A stretch of DNA of 63,896 nt, the filler included, from Octopus bimaculoides (Eukaryota): the NCBI RefSeq assembly GCF_001194135.2. It is 6 parts of 5 records of this genome, joined end to end, with 100 filler letters (N's around TTAATTAATTAA, not from the genome) between each part and the next. Parts side by side here need not be neighbours in the genome. Positions count along the whole stretch, not along the records: positions 34,646 to 60,395 come from NC_068987.1; positions 60,496 to 62,073 come from NW_026346025.1; positions 62,174 to 63,896 come from NW_026386739.1; 3 more parts are not named here. One strand, 5' to 3'. Position numbers and translations under genes: made by a program. Shown here piece after piece: positions 49,791-63,678 of the stretch. The stretch's first letter is position 1; each line of letters opens with the position of its first letter. The notes under the pieces are model-generated. The model was given only the letters and a program-made list of their open reading frames with translations. It made no database searches and was not told where the DNA came from.

Positions 49791-51819
49791 GTATGTATGC
49801 ATGTATGTATGTATGTAAAATTTCTTTCTTATAATAAGGGCAGTAAATGGAAGAATTAATAGAGCACTTAACAAAATATTCGCTTTGCATTCTCAGTTTA
49901 AATTCTACGGATGACGATTTCACTTTTCATCCTTCCAGAGAGATCAAGCAAAACCTTTACGAGTACTGGGGGCAATTTACTTGACTGCATCTTCCCTCAA
50001 ATTACAAGGTCTGTGCCTAAGATAGAAATCATGATTATTATAATGGTGGACGATTACAGAATCACTGATTATCGCCCTTTAAGTCAGCGAGATAACGTGT
50101 TCGCTTTTGAAGGAAGGACTTTGAACAAGATCTGCGTACCACCAAACAAGCAAGAATAATAAACACACAAAATATTTGTTAAAAATTTTGAAACTGAATT
50201 CAAATATTAAGTGCGGTATCGTTTACGTCTCATACGAGAAACTTAGGAAATATTAATTAGATTGGGGTTCATACGTCTGATATTCATATATTTCTGTGAT
50301 AAAGAAAACTGTACCAATCAATACTAAACAAACAACCGTTTATTTAGTAAAAATATGACATTTATTATAAAAGGATGGAATGAAGTTTAGTGAGAAAATA
50401 AATGATATACGAAGAGAATTATTCTCACCTTAAAAATGACAAACAATTGTAAAGAAAATATTGATATAAAATAAAACTTATATGTCTTTTGAATGTATTC
50501 TGACTACGTAAGTTAATCGACCTGGAATTTCACCAGCGTTAGACACTTAACGTTATCATGTGGAGCAGAAAGATTTATGGGTTTGTAACTTATCCGTTGT
50601 TTACATTTGGATATTCATGTTAGTTTTTATCGTTCGCTGATAAGTGATTATCGCCCTTTTAGTAGAGAAATACTCACAGCAATCTGCAGGGATTTACTAA
50701 TACATACACATACATACACTCACAATTACTTACATATAGGCTTGACAATGTAGACACACGTACATATTATACGTGCGTGTGTGTATGTGTGTGCACGAGT
50801 TGATGCGTGCGTGAGTGTGCTCTTCAATTCCTACATTCGCACGCGCGCAAACACACACACATATATTTATAAACATATATGAATATGTATCATCTACTTG
50901 TTTCAGTCATCAGACGGCAGCCATACTGGGGCACCAACCTGACGAACCTTTCGTCGAGCGGAGCGACGCCAGTACTTCACTTTTCCAAGCCTCGCACTTA
51001 TTTTATCTGTCCCATTTGCTATTTTACGGGGATGTAAACACACCAGGGTGACGGATAAACACAAACACAAAGCACACGCATATATNNNNNNNNNNNNNNN
51101 NNNNNNNNNNNNNNNNNNNNNNNNNNNNNNNNNNNNNNNNNNNNNNNNNNNNNNNNNNNNNNNNNNNNNNNNNNNNNNNNNNNNNNNNNNNNNNNNNNNN
51201 NNNNNNNNNNNNNNNNNNNNNNNNNNNNNNNNNNNNNNNNNNNNNNNNNNNNNNNNNNNNNNNNNNNNNNNNNNNNNNNNNNNNNNNNNNNNNNNNNNNN
51301 NNNNNNNNNNNNNNNNNNNNNNNNNNNNNNNNNNNNNNNNNNNNNNNNNNNNNNNNNNNNNNNNNNNNNNNNNNNNNNNNNNNNNNNNNNNNNNNNNNNN
51401 NNNNNNNNNNNNNNNNNNNNNNNNNNNNNNNNNNNNNNNNNNNNNNNNNNNNNNNNNNNNNNNNNNNNNNNNNNNNNNNNNNNNNNNNNNNNNNNNNNNN
51501 NNNNNNNNNNNNNNNNNNNNNNNNNNNNNNNNNNNNNNNNNNNNNNNNNNNNNNNNNNNNNNNNNNNNNNNNNNNNNNNNNNNNNNNNNNNNNNNNNNNN
51601 NNNNNNNNNNNNNNNNNNNNNNNNNNNNNNNNNNNNNNNNNNNNNNNNNNNNNNNNNNNNNNNNNNNNNNNNNNNNNNNNNNNNNNNNNNNNNNNNNNNN
51701 NNNNNNNNNNNNNNNNNNNNNNNNNNNNNNNNNNNNNNNNNNNNNNNNNNNNNNNNNNNNNNNNNNNNNNNNNNNNNNNNNNNNNNNNNNNNNNNNNNNN
51801 NNNNNNNNNNNNNNNNNNN

Positions 51820-51854
<35 letters not shown>

Positions 51855-52266
51855 TTGTGCGTGCGTGTGTATTTGTGCGTGCGTGTGTGTGTGTGTATAT
51901 GTGTGTGTTTGTGACAGTTATCATACACAACCAATTTCGTCTACGATGTGTTACCCGTTCACATCCATATACGTATACTCACAACTCTAAATATAAACCA
52001 TTGGTTGGGGGAAGATAACTGAATGAGTGTTCTATTAACAATTGCATATCAGATATCTCGGCTATTACTTCAAGCAACACTATATCACACGATTGTGCTG
52101 ATAGGAATTCAGCTGACTGATTGATTTCCAAAGATTTCTCTTAGAAACTGAATTGGCTTGAAATATAAATTAATCTTCACATAGATATGTGGAAAGCCAA
52201 TCTATCTCCAAGAACTAAACACATAAACTAACAGAATGGTTGTTTATCATGCAGTACTTCCGCTAC

Positions 52267-52652
52267 GTGGAGGTGCAATGGCCCAGTGGTTAGGGCAGCG
52301 GACTCGAGGTCGTACGATCGCGGTTTCGATTCCCAGACCGGGCGTTGTGAGTGTTTATTGAGCGAAAACACCTAAAGCTCCACGTGACTCCGGCAGGGGT
52401 GGGGGTGATCCCTGCTGTACTCTTTCACCACAACTTTCTCTCACTCTTTCTTCCTGTTTCTGTTGTGCCTGTAATTCAAAGGGCCAGCCTTGTCACACTC
52501 TGTGTCACGCTGAATCTCTCCCGAGAACTACGTTAAGGGTACACGTGTCTGTGGAGTGCTCAGCCACTTGCACGTTAATTTCACGAGCAGGCTGTTCCGT
52601 TGATCGGATCAACTGGAACCCTCGTCGTCGTAAGCGACGGAGTGCCAACACA
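52267..52652 (+). mobile_element. full-length tRNA-derived SINE, family A, with 11-bp TSD
   Basis: TSD ACTTCCGCTAC at 52256-52266 and 52653-52663. Confidence 0.92.
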
Positions 52653-53450
52653 ACTTCCGCTACATACAATAATGGACCTATCCTGTATAAGCTACTCTTT
52701 AGTAATTCCTTTGATTCTATGTAAGGCATCGGGCGCCAAAAAGTGATTTCCATCCGTTTCGATCTTTTGCAATGGATTTCAGTTGTCCCTAGGTGTGAAC
52801 TCTCCTCCATCTCCTATGGTAAACAACAGATGAGTGTTCTACAACTTCTCGCTGGGCAACTGTACAAATGAGTTTTTTTATAGTGATCTGTTTCTGCTCC
52901 ACATTAGCTCATTCTTTCCATCATATCAACATTGCATGTAGTGTCGTAGAACAACATGAAAGGACATGTTTTGCTCAAAAATACAAAATACTGTCTGATC
53001 CGGCAACGAGACCACGATGTTGCTACGCGCATGTTTACCCGCCAGTACATTGTTTCATACCGTTTCCGAGGATCCTCTCCCCTTACAAGGAACGGCTTCA
53101 TAAGTTCACTTCTTGGCGTTTCAGTTGCAACGTAGAATTTTCTGTCTCAACCAGGCTTGGGACCGGTGATGACAAGTAAAAGAGTAAAAGAGTATGGCAG
53201 TGACAATCTCAGCCATCTTAATAGATACCGATAAAAGAAAGCTTCATGTCTTTAAAAAGATATCCAATTATGTTTATCCTGGCACAAGCATCGTCATGTG
53301 GTTAAGAATTTTAATTCACGATCACATAGTTCAGGGTTTGAGCCCTCAGTGCGGTACGTTGAGTCGATGTCTTGAACTGTAGCTTCTGTTTTGGATGATG
53401 ATTTAGTAGTGAAAAGAATTTTAGACAGAAATTGTGCAGATGTTCCTCGC

Positions 53451-53508
<58 letters not shown>

Positions 53509-53862
53509 NNNNNNNNNNNNNNNNNNNNNNNNNNNNNNNNNNNNNNNNNNNNNNNNNNNNNNNNNNNNNNNNNNNNNNNNNNNNNNNNNNNNNNNNNNNN
53601 NNNNNNNNNNNNNNNNNNNNNNNNNNNNNNNNNNNNNNNNNNNNNNNNNNNNNNNNNNNNNNNNNNNNNNNNNNNNNNNNNNNNNNNNNNNNNNNNNNNN
53701 NNNNNNNNNNNNNNNNNNNNNNNNNNNNNNNNNNNNNNNNNNNNNNNNNNNNNNNNNNNNNNNNNNNNNNNNNNNNNNNNNNNNNNNNNNNNNNNNNNNN
53801 NNNNNNNNNNNNNNNNNNNNNNNNNNNNNNNNNNNNNNNNNNNNNNNNNNNNNNNNNNNNNA

Positions 53863-53951
53863 CGAAGAAGAAGAAGAAAAAGAAGAAGAAGAAGAAGAAG
53901 AAGAAGAAGAAGAAGAAGAAGAAGAAGAAGAAGAAGAAGAAGAAGAAGAAA

Positions 53952-54001
<50 letters not shown>

Positions 54002-54012
54002 GGAGGAGGAGG
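53863..54012. repeat. compound (GAA)n/(GAT)n microsatellite
   Basis: Direct reading. Confidence 0.95.
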
Positions 54013-54107
54013 AGTAAAAATTTTATTTAATTTATCAGAAAAATCATTATTATTCGTTTATTCAAATACACACTACTATACCAACGATTTTCTATTTCAG
54101 TTTCTAT

Positions 54108-54160
<53 letters not shown>

Positions 54161-55079
54161 ATGCGCTCAAGAGTAAATCAAAATTTCAGTGCAATATATT
54201 GAGACACTAAAAGTTCCAACTGAGATATATACAAAAACAGAATGCAAATACATAGCTGGTGGTTGGTAACAAACCCGTTCTTCAAGTATACGTGGTGTGT
54301 GTATATATTTGTATGTATATGTATGTGTGTATGTATGTATGCATGTATGTATTCATGCATATCTGTGTGTGCATGTGTCTGTGTGTGCGTGCGCGCGTGT
54401 GTGTGCGTGCGTGTGCGTATGTTTGTGTGTGAGTGTGTGTGTGTGTGTTTGTGTGTGTGTTTGTGTGTGTGTGCATATATGCAAACGAGGTGAGCAAAGC
54501 CTAATCCTGCATTGCTGCAACGTTAAATTTTAAGCAAATATAAATAAAGATAACACATATAGATAAGTTTCTGTGTGCGTGCGTGAGTGTGTGGAGAGGG
54601 TTAAGAGAGATTAAGTCCAGCTGAGATTAATATCCGACAGCAAGAAAGAACGAAGTCGAACAGAAATAGGATACATGGCCAGATGTCCCGACTTCCATCT
54701 CCTCAGAGAAGGCGACCAAATGCGTGTGTCTAAGCAATATATGTTGTGCTGGAAATAGGTTGATGAAGTAACAGTGCAATACATGCATTGATAATAATAA
54801 ATCTACTGTCATATGAGAGTAACAAATGTACAATAGAAATTAAAATACAAGTAGAAATATGTAAGGAAGTTAAAAAAGAAATGAAAAATAAGATAGTGTA
54901 AAAATAAAACATAAAACATAAATCAGTGGCTGTGTGGTAAGTAGCTTGCTTACCAATCACATCGTTCCGGGTTCAGTCCCACTGCGTGGCACCATGGACA
55001 AGTGTCTTCTACTATAGCCTCGGGCCGACCAAAACCTTGTGAGTGGATTTAGTAGACGGAAATTGAAAGAAGCCCGTCG

Positions 55080-55114
<35 letters not shown>

Positions 55115-56339
55115 NNNNNNNNNNNNNNNNNNNNNNNNNNNNNNNNNNNNNNNNNNNNNNNNNNNNNNNNNNNNNNNNNNNNNNNNNNNNNNNNNNNNNN
55201 NNNNNNNNNNNNNNNNNNNNNNNNNNNNNNNNNNNNNNNNNNNNNNNNNNNNNNNNNNNNNNNNNNNNNNNNNNNNNNNNNNNNNNNNNNNNNNNNNNNN
55301 NNNNNNNNNNNNNNNNNNNNNNNNNNNNNNNNNNNNNNNNNNNNNNNNNNNNNNNNNNNNNNNNNNNNNNNNNNNNNNNNNNNNNNNNNNNNNNNNNNNN
55401 NNNNNNNNNNNNNNNNNNNNNNNNNNNNNNNNNNNNNNNNNNNNNNNNNNNNNNNNNNNNNNNNNNNNNNNNNNNNNNNNNNNNNNNNNNNNNNNNNNNN
55501 NNNNNNNNNNNNNNNNNNNNNNNNNNNNNNNNNNNNNNNNNNNNNNNNNNNNNNNNNNNNNNNNNNNNNNNNNNNNNNNNNNNNNNNNNNNNNNNNNNNN
55601 NNNNNNNNNNNNNNNNNNNNNNNNNNNNNNNNNNNNNNNNNNNNNNNNNNNNNNNNNNNNNNNNNNNNNNNNNNNNNNNNNNNNNNNNNNNNNNNNNNNN
55701 NNNNNNNNNNNNNNNNNNNNNNNNNNNNNNNNNNNNNNNNNNNNNNNNNNNNNNNNNNNNNNNNNNNNNNNNNNNNNNNNNNNNNNNNNNNNNNNNNNNN
55801 NNNNNNNNNNNNNNNNNNNNNNNNNNNNNNNNNNNNNNNNNNNNNNNNNNNNNNNNNNNNNNNNNNNNNNNNNNNNNNNNNNNNNNNNNNNNNNNNNNNN
55901 NNNNNNNNNNNNNNNNNNNNNNNNNNNNNNNNNNNNNNNNNNNNNNNNNNNNATATATATATATATATATATATAAATAGGGAGACTTCACAAAAAAACA
56001 AAAGACTAAGACAGGTGGTGTAGACAACAAACAGATGTGTTAGTATAGCACTCGGGAAATGAAAAAGTCTTTAACGTTTCGAGCCTACGCTCTTCCACAG
56101 AAAGGAACACAGAAAGAAACAAGGTGAGAGAAAAAGGAAATAAAAAAGGAGAGAAAAAGAGAGAAAAAATGAATGTATTTGCGTGTGTATAAGTATAGGT
56201 TAGTTAAAACATGTTTGCAATAATAAGTGTTGCGCAATAACAAGTGGAAATAAACGCAATTACCAAACTTTCATTCATAAATCCATTTATTATTTCGTTC
56301 TTTTGCATTTCAATTTGTACATTTGTACCCAGACATTTT

Positions 56340-56680
56340 CAACAACTGCACGCCAGAAGAAATGAAAAAAAAAAAATTCCCAGAATTAAACTTAGCCCAA
56401 GTGATGCAAATATTTCATTTACACTAAATAGACTTCAGCTTCCACTTCGACTTGCATATTCATTGACAATTAATAAAGCTGAAGGGCGAACATTTGAAAA
56501 GGTTTGAATACATTTGCCTCAACCGGTATTTTTTCATGGCCAATTATATGTCGCATTTTCAAGAGCACGAGCTACGAACAATATCAAAGTAAGAATTATG
56601 GCACTCAATTGAGGTAACAGACAAGGGCAAAAACGTGGTCGACATACGCACAAAATATTGTCTACCATGAAGTACTATGA
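56340..56680 (+). mobile_element. Helitron helicase C-terminal fragment
   Basis: IPRIKLSPSD..ISFTLNRLQLPLRLAYSLTINKAEGRTFEKV*IHLPQPVFFHGQLYVAFSRA. Confidence 0.88.
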
Positions 56681-57420
56681 AGAAGACCACCGCACCAGAT
56701 AGCATCACCAGCACACCAGCCGCTCCATCATTCACATTACACCTTTAAGATCGAGGAACCAGTTAGGGGCCCGCTAGATCTCTCTCGGCATACCAGCAAC
56801 TCACAAAATCGCATCAGCCAGATTCGAGTGAAACAAAGGAACTGCTTTGGCGAGATATCCCTGTTTCGGGATGTCTGGGACATGGCATTTCCTTTTAGCA
56901 TCCCGATTGAGTTTCCCCTTTAATTCATTCTAATTCATAATCATACTCCGCCTTTCATCTGTTCACCACGATAGCAAGTGCTTGCTTTTCTTCTATAGAA
57001 TAATTTCCACACGTCGCACTACGAAATACTCTTTTCTTTGTCATGATGTTATGAAAATAAGTTCAAAGAGAAATTACTTGAGTTATGTTGATGTTATTAA
57101 ATCTTTATTCCGTAAAAAGCTTGTCTGTAAGGATAAACGGTTCGTCATTGAAGTTCTTAGTTTGCGTGGAATTTGTGTTGGTGATTGGTAGAGTAATCGT
57201 AGACAAACTGAAAATGAAGATTTGTTGACTACAGTTTGGAGTAGCAGTAAACTAACGCGTATGTCACAGACTGGGGCAGTTGCCCAGCCTCTAGTTTTTA
57301 TAAACTCTGGCTGGTTGTTAACCCCGGCAGCATTTGAGCTCAGAGCGTAAGGACGGACAAAATGCTTAACAACATTTCGTCCGGTGTGTTGACGATACTG
57401 CCAACTCACAGCCTTCAATG

Positions 57421-57474
<54 letters not shown>

Positions 57475-60395
57475 GTAATAATAATAATAAGTACCAGGCA
57501 GTGGCTCTCATGGCTTTTGATCTTAACTGATTGGAAGTGTTATCGTGTACATTACTTTGTCTTGGTATAAAAGATGGGCTACAGCAAATATTCTGCTCAA
57601 TTTGCTTGTCAGTTGAGATTGTCCCTTACTGACTGACGATATGTGCATCTCTGATCATGGACAGAAGTAGTGGGAGAGCATCATAGCCGTGCGTTGAGAG
57701 GAATTTGGGGGGGTTTAAATAATTCACCTCTGGAAACATGGGTGTTTGTGCATCATCCTTAAAACAAACCTTATTCAGAGACCTTTTGAGTAGGATGGGC
57801 TACTCGACCTGAAGAAAATTGTAAGTGGGCCCCACCTGCAAGGTCATCCGCTGTTTATTTTGATATGAGATCACTTATCAGACGGGTAGTGATGATGAGC
57901 ATATTGTTCCCCAGTGTCATTTTGGTGGCACGCACTGTTCTTTCACCCAGTAATAATAATAATAATGATGATAAGGTGGAAGTAATAATAATTCTTACTA
58001 CTAAACAATAAAAACAATTACAAATAATCTAGGCCGAAAGTCCTCCGATACAGACCAGCCAATTAATTCTCGTCATCACCCGGAGTTTTCTCGGGGTCGC
58101 CACACTCTTGCCAGCACTAATCCCCTAAGAATACAATTGCGGAGCACTGCCGAGTGGTAGTGGCCTGTGGACACCTGACGACACTCAAGGTGTCAGACGC
58201 GCTGCCTCGGTCTACGCTTGATCTGGAACTGCAGCTCTGTCAAAAGGATGATCTGTGTAAAAGTAAGTTTGACAAACGAGGACCACACCTGCTCACCGCC
58301 AAGGAGGCACTTATCGCATGTTTGTACATCATTAGCCACAGCATGCCTAGTCGAGTGACAAAACGACAGAAAATTCTGCGTGTCATTATAGAGTGTAAAC
58401 TCGAAGGTGCAACACCACCAAAATGTGGATGACTATCACAATGTCTTGTAAAAAAAATTCAGTCTATGGAAAGAAACTACTCTAATATTAATAGACAATG
58501 ATTTTATATTTTCGGTAGTATTGTTGGTTTTGAGGAAAGCAAGACTTGATTCTAAGAGTTAGCTACTTCTCAGTCAAATTTATCAAAATAATGAAAAGAA
58601 AATATACAACATGAATCTGAAAAATAAACGAAAAGACCTGTTTTACTTGGAGAAGAGGAAAATGTCTAATATGATATGGAAAAAAAATATAAAATACAGA
58701 AATGTATAACAAATGCATTGAGAAAAAAAGCACTTCGAAAAACTTGGGTCTTCTTCCAAAAAAAGTAAATTACTTGAACTTGAATTTACTTGAATTACAA
58801 GACACTTGTTGAAACATTTTCACGCCAGTCACCCCTTAAACGTGAGCAGCACGCGACTGGAGTCTTCATGATCTTCCCAAATGTTAGACCTTACCTCTAT
58901 CAAGAATCTCATGATGAAAGCAGTTCCCCAACATTGTTAGCACCGGATTTGAAAGACTGAAATTTCTCTTCATGGCCAGAAAATAATTCAGCCACGAGAA
59001 AGTAGAGATGAATCTCAGATCGGAGGATTGCTTACATATTGTGCTGCTGCGCATCTGCACCGCACAGAAATTCTATAGCGTGTACAAAGGTCGATCGACT
59101 GATTGAAAGAAAGTCGTTCACAAACGCTGCAACCTCTGACCGATAGGCACGCTCTGTCATCTTTCTCTCCTTGTTTTTTTTCTGCTGAAATTATCTCTCC
59201 TGGCTCCTGTATATTCGGAATTGGCTAATCTCATGTCACTACCCCTCAGGAACTCTCAACTCACTCGGCTCGCCTCCTCCCACGTGTAAAGAAGACATGA
59301 ATAGGCGTGAAAAATAAGCTTCCTAAACACCTATTGCACAAGGCACCCATCTTTACCACATCTGCGCAAAAGAGTGTAGGTCCATAGTAGGACTGAAAAG
59401 CAATATCTATGCTGCTCATGTTTAAAGGAACAGGCAAGGGATAACATTCCTCGAAATAGAGCTGCAGCCTGTATGTATGAGTGTGTGTGTGTATGTATGT
59501 ATGTATGTATGTATGTATGTTATCAATCAGTTTCATTTCTGTATTTCTTGTCCATAGAGAAAGAGCCGGACTCTAACATAGATTCAAGGCTCCTTCATTG
59601 GAACTTTTATCAACATCATCTAGGTATTTGTGCATATGTGTGTGTGTGTGCAGTATATGGTGTTAGTGTATGCGCAGATTTGTATGTTTGTTTTATGGAT
59701 GCGTTTTTATGTCTAGATGCATGCATATGTATTTATGTGCTAAATTTTTGGAAAGTTTTACATATCTTTACAGTTCCATTGATGGCTTGAATCTGTAGTC
59801 TTCTAATCAGCCTTTTTCTTTCAGGTTTTGAGAACCCTAATTTTTCCAGGTTTTTGTTGAGGCATGTATGTATGTATGTAAGAGTGTATGTGCTTATCAA
59901 ACATTATGGAACTTATCTGTCCGTTTCATAGACCTGAATAAGGAATATAACCAACTTAAATGTGAAGCAATTAAAGAAAACATTATGTTCTTCCCTCCTG
60001 TGTTACTGAAAATACATACTTACTCCCCGAAAAGAACTGCATTGTACAAGAGAGAATAGGAAAGTCTGTTACTCGATTATGATTATCTGTCTTCTATCAA
60101 CTCGTATTTCTTAGGTTACTGGCTGTTCTGTGGATTGCTCAGCCACTTGCACATTAATTTCACGAGAATGCTGTTCCATTGATCGGATCAACTGGAACCC
60201 TCGTCGTCGTAAGCGATGGTGTGTCACGACGACGACTCCCTGTTCCACGTCAGGGGTTACCACGGACCCGGAATTTTTTCCTTGATATATATATATATAT
60301 ATATCATTTCGAGACAATTCTAGTCTTGTGTGCAAATTTCGGAAAAACCTTCTTTCAGAAAGTGAACCTTGATTCAAGACAAACAAGCAAAAAAA

Positions 60396-60495
60396 NNNNN
60401 NNNNNNNNNNNNNNNNNNNNNNNNNNNNNNNNNNNNNNNTTAATTAATTAANNNNNNNNNNNNNNNNNNNNNNNNNNNNNNNNNNNNNNNNNNNN
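60396..60495. other. artificial scaffold join
   Basis: N44-TTAATTAATTAA-N44. Confidence 0.9.
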
Positions 60496-61771
60496 GATAT
60501 ATTTTCTTTCCTCGATGAAAACCTAATCCTTCTCCAGCCACTCAACGTTTTCAAAGCTATTTATACTTCCATCAATTTTATTAATATTTGAGGTGGTTTA
60601 AATGACGTTTTATATAACATTATTTCATTGCTTGAACTGAAACAGCGATTACTTGATTAATTCATACATGATTAATTTTAACCACATTTTCATATCATTT
60701 TCTCTTGTAAACATCATCTGACAGAGAATCCGACAACAGTCAACCGTTATAGACGCATTTCTAAAACCCTGGTGACTCGATCCCTTATATGAATATTCTG
60801 ATACGATCATTCTCCTTGTCTGTCACCGTACCAAAATTTTCTACAAAGACAATCTGTTTCTTTATAGGCGTTAAGGAATTACTAGACGTAGGCCAAGTAT
60901 TCCACCTACAACCCATTACAAATTTTTTCTTTAACGATTTAAAGGCCTGTCAAAGTTTTAATTCCAGTGGTGGCCCAAATTGAAATAATCTTTTAAAATC
61001 TCTCCTTTAACTACGTAGCACTCACATTTTAGAAATTTCCTTTTTAGAAAAGTGATGAAGGCTCCTCGAGTTCACTTTATTCATTGTTTGAAGAAATGTT
61101 TTAGTAGACCTAATTCAATACAGGGATGTGATAGGAATGTTTTACCGAGATCAAATGACGAGGCAGCAGATGGTACATTGCTCTTTCCTGGGGCGTTTAT
61201 TGATTTTAATGGCAAGTCACGCTTGATAGAGTGATTCATGATAACACGACTGCTCCACAAACATAAAAAAAAAAAATACCACAGCAGTTTACTTGCAGGT
61301 CCCTTGATGAACGTGGTATTGAATGGCAGCCACGTTAATCTCTGAAACTCTATGAGAGAGAGAATAACCAAGGAGGACGTATGTCTTTACATTCACGTTA
61401 TGCAGTAGAACTCTTTCTAAGAGTCTAATGAATGGATGGAGAGGCGCCAGTCAAGGGTAACACGAGCCTGAAACAAATGTCTATGACCACGGATGATGAT
61501 CATATTATTATAATCCGTGAAAATGGTCGCTTAGCTGTCTGAAGATGAAATAAACCACTTTGTACCGCTTCATTTTTAAAGAGCAATCGGAAGTGCATTG
61601 CGCTGGCACAAAATTTGTGTCGCGTCAAATGTCAAATAAACAAAACAGAGGTGAGTCAGAAAATAATTTAGGAAGTATTTGGTAGCAAAAACACTCTCAA
61701 AAAAATCTGGATGCACGATAGCGATGTCGGAGTGAAAGTACAGAAGCCATAGTAAAAAAGTAGGTCAAAGT

Positions 61772-61808
<37 letters not shown>

Positions 61809-61854
61809 NNNNNNNNNNNNNNNNNNNNNNNNNNNNNNNNNNNNNNNNNNNNNN

Positions 61855-62039
61855 GAAAATAATGTTCTCTAGAAAAAAATTCAGCAAACACCAGAACATA
61901 AGCGAACAAGACAAATGGAAATATACAAAATAAAGAATTAAATTAAATAATTAATTCTTTATTTTGTATATTTCCATTTGTCTTGTTCGCTTATGTTCTA
62001 GTGTTTGCTGATTTTTTTTTTCCAGAGAACATTATTTTC
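61855..62039. repeat. long near-perfect palindrome (~87-bp arms, 9-nt loop)
   Basis: 61855-61941 pairs with 61951-62039 with a few mismatches and indels. Confidence 0.9.
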
Positions 62040-62073
62040 TTTGTGGTTGGGTCGTTGATGACCTCTTCCTAGC

Positions 62074-62173
62074 NNNNNNNNNNNNNNNNNNNNNNNNNNN
62101 NNNNNNNNNNNNNNNNNTTAATTAATTAANNNNNNNNNNNNNNNNNNNNNNNNNNNNNNNNNNNNNNNNNNNN
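62074..62173. other. artificial scaffold join
   Basis: N44-TTAATTAATTAA-N44. Confidence 0.9.
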
Positions 62174-62920
62174 GAAGGTTAGGGAACACACTTTCATCTC
62201 CATATTGGACGATAAATTGGAGAAGCTCCTCGGGATTTGATATTTGGAGGTGTTCGCGACCTGCAAGTAGCATTCTGCAATCGAGGATTTCTTTGAAAAG
62301 TACGGTTGCGTGAAAAATTTTAAAGGCACTATTCTTACTTATTACAACTGGGTGAGCATAATGTATGAGCGATCTTCGTCAAAGTCAGTAAAATATATGA
62401 AGATTAAAGAATATTATCCCGGATAACTTCGGTCTACGCAGATCTACGCACTTCAGTTCTTTTGCATCAGATAGGGCAAGTAATGCTGCATACTACTGTG
62501 GCAAAATAAAAATCCCATTTCATCCCGTGGAGTAAATATTGAGTTTTACAATATTGAATATACTACTTATTTACTTCTTTCAATATTCAGTCACACGTGA
62601 GGTAAATGTCGACAATTTTTTCTGTATGCGATACAATTTTGACAGTTTCTCAATATTTTCAGTAAAAAGCCGATTATTTCGAGCCCGTACCATTGCAGTG
62701 TTGGAAAAATTATATGCATCAAGATTAAAGATTTTTGATTGGATGGCTTTTGAGTGGATCCGGTTAGAAAACGTGTAAACAAATTTGGCTCATGTTTACG
62801 TTTTAACATTGAAAAATTACTCTGCTTGCATATGCAAGTGAAAAAAATCATATCAGAAATAATCTTTCAGACCCTTTTTGAAACTAAATCTATCACTGTG
62901 CATAGGCATAAGAATATCGG

Positions 62921-63678
62921 GGATCTTTTTTAAAACGGGGGCCACATTTTTCATTAACNNNNNNNNNNNNNNNNNNNNNNNNNNNNNNNNNNNNNNNNNN
63001 NNNNNNNNNNNNNNNNNNNNNNNNNNNNNNNNNNNNNNNNNNNNNNNNNNNNNNNNNNNNNNNNNNNNNNNNNNNNNNNNNNNNNNNNNNNNNNNNNNNN
63101 NNNNNNNNNNNNNNNNNNNNNNNNNNNNNNNNNNNNNNNNNNNNNNNNNNNNNNNNNNNNNNNNNNNNNNNNNNNNNNNNNNNNNNNNNNNNNNNNNNNN
63201 NNNNNNNNNNNNNNNNNNNNNNNNNNNNNNNNNNNNNNNNNNNNNNNNNNNNNNNNNNNNNNNNNNNNNNNNNNNNNNNNNNNNNNNNNNNNNNNNNNNN
63301 NNNNNNNNNNNNNNNNNNNNNNNACATAAACAAACGATTCTGAAACAATTAACCCTAACCCTAGGGTTAGGGTTAGGGTTAGGGTTAAAGCAAATTTAAA
63401 ATGAAAAAAGCAAATAAAACGAAGGTATGGAGATTAAATACGCTTTACATCGCTTAATCAGCCAAAGGAGTAAATATAAACAACTGAATACTTGTCAGTG
63501 ATTGGTTGAAATTATCGAAATAAGACAATTTTTTACATAAAATAAATTCGAATACAAAAATATTTTTCTGTTCTATAACACAAAATAGATAAGTATACGA
63601 AGTTTGAAAGTCTTTCCGTACCAAAAACACTACGTAAAACATTAATGAAAACTGTGGCCCCCGTTTTAAAATAGATCC
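62921..63678. mobile_element. probable non-autonomous DNA element with ~37-bp inverted repeats and an internal telomere-like palindrome
   Basis: GGATCTTTTTTAAAACGGGGGCCACATTTTTCATTAA (62921-62957) versus its inverse at 63642-63678. (CCCTAA)2/(TTAGGG)4 at 63350-63386. Confidence 0.6.

Noticed and set aside
63350-63386. Chromosome-fusion scar or true telomere
   Set aside because: The orientation is wrong for a fusion, there are only six units, and the motif is embedded in a repeat element.
942-63399. Most ORF-track entries (poly-X, HT/YI/CV, poly-M/D/E/K/L)
   Set aside because: They are translations of N gaps and microsatellites.
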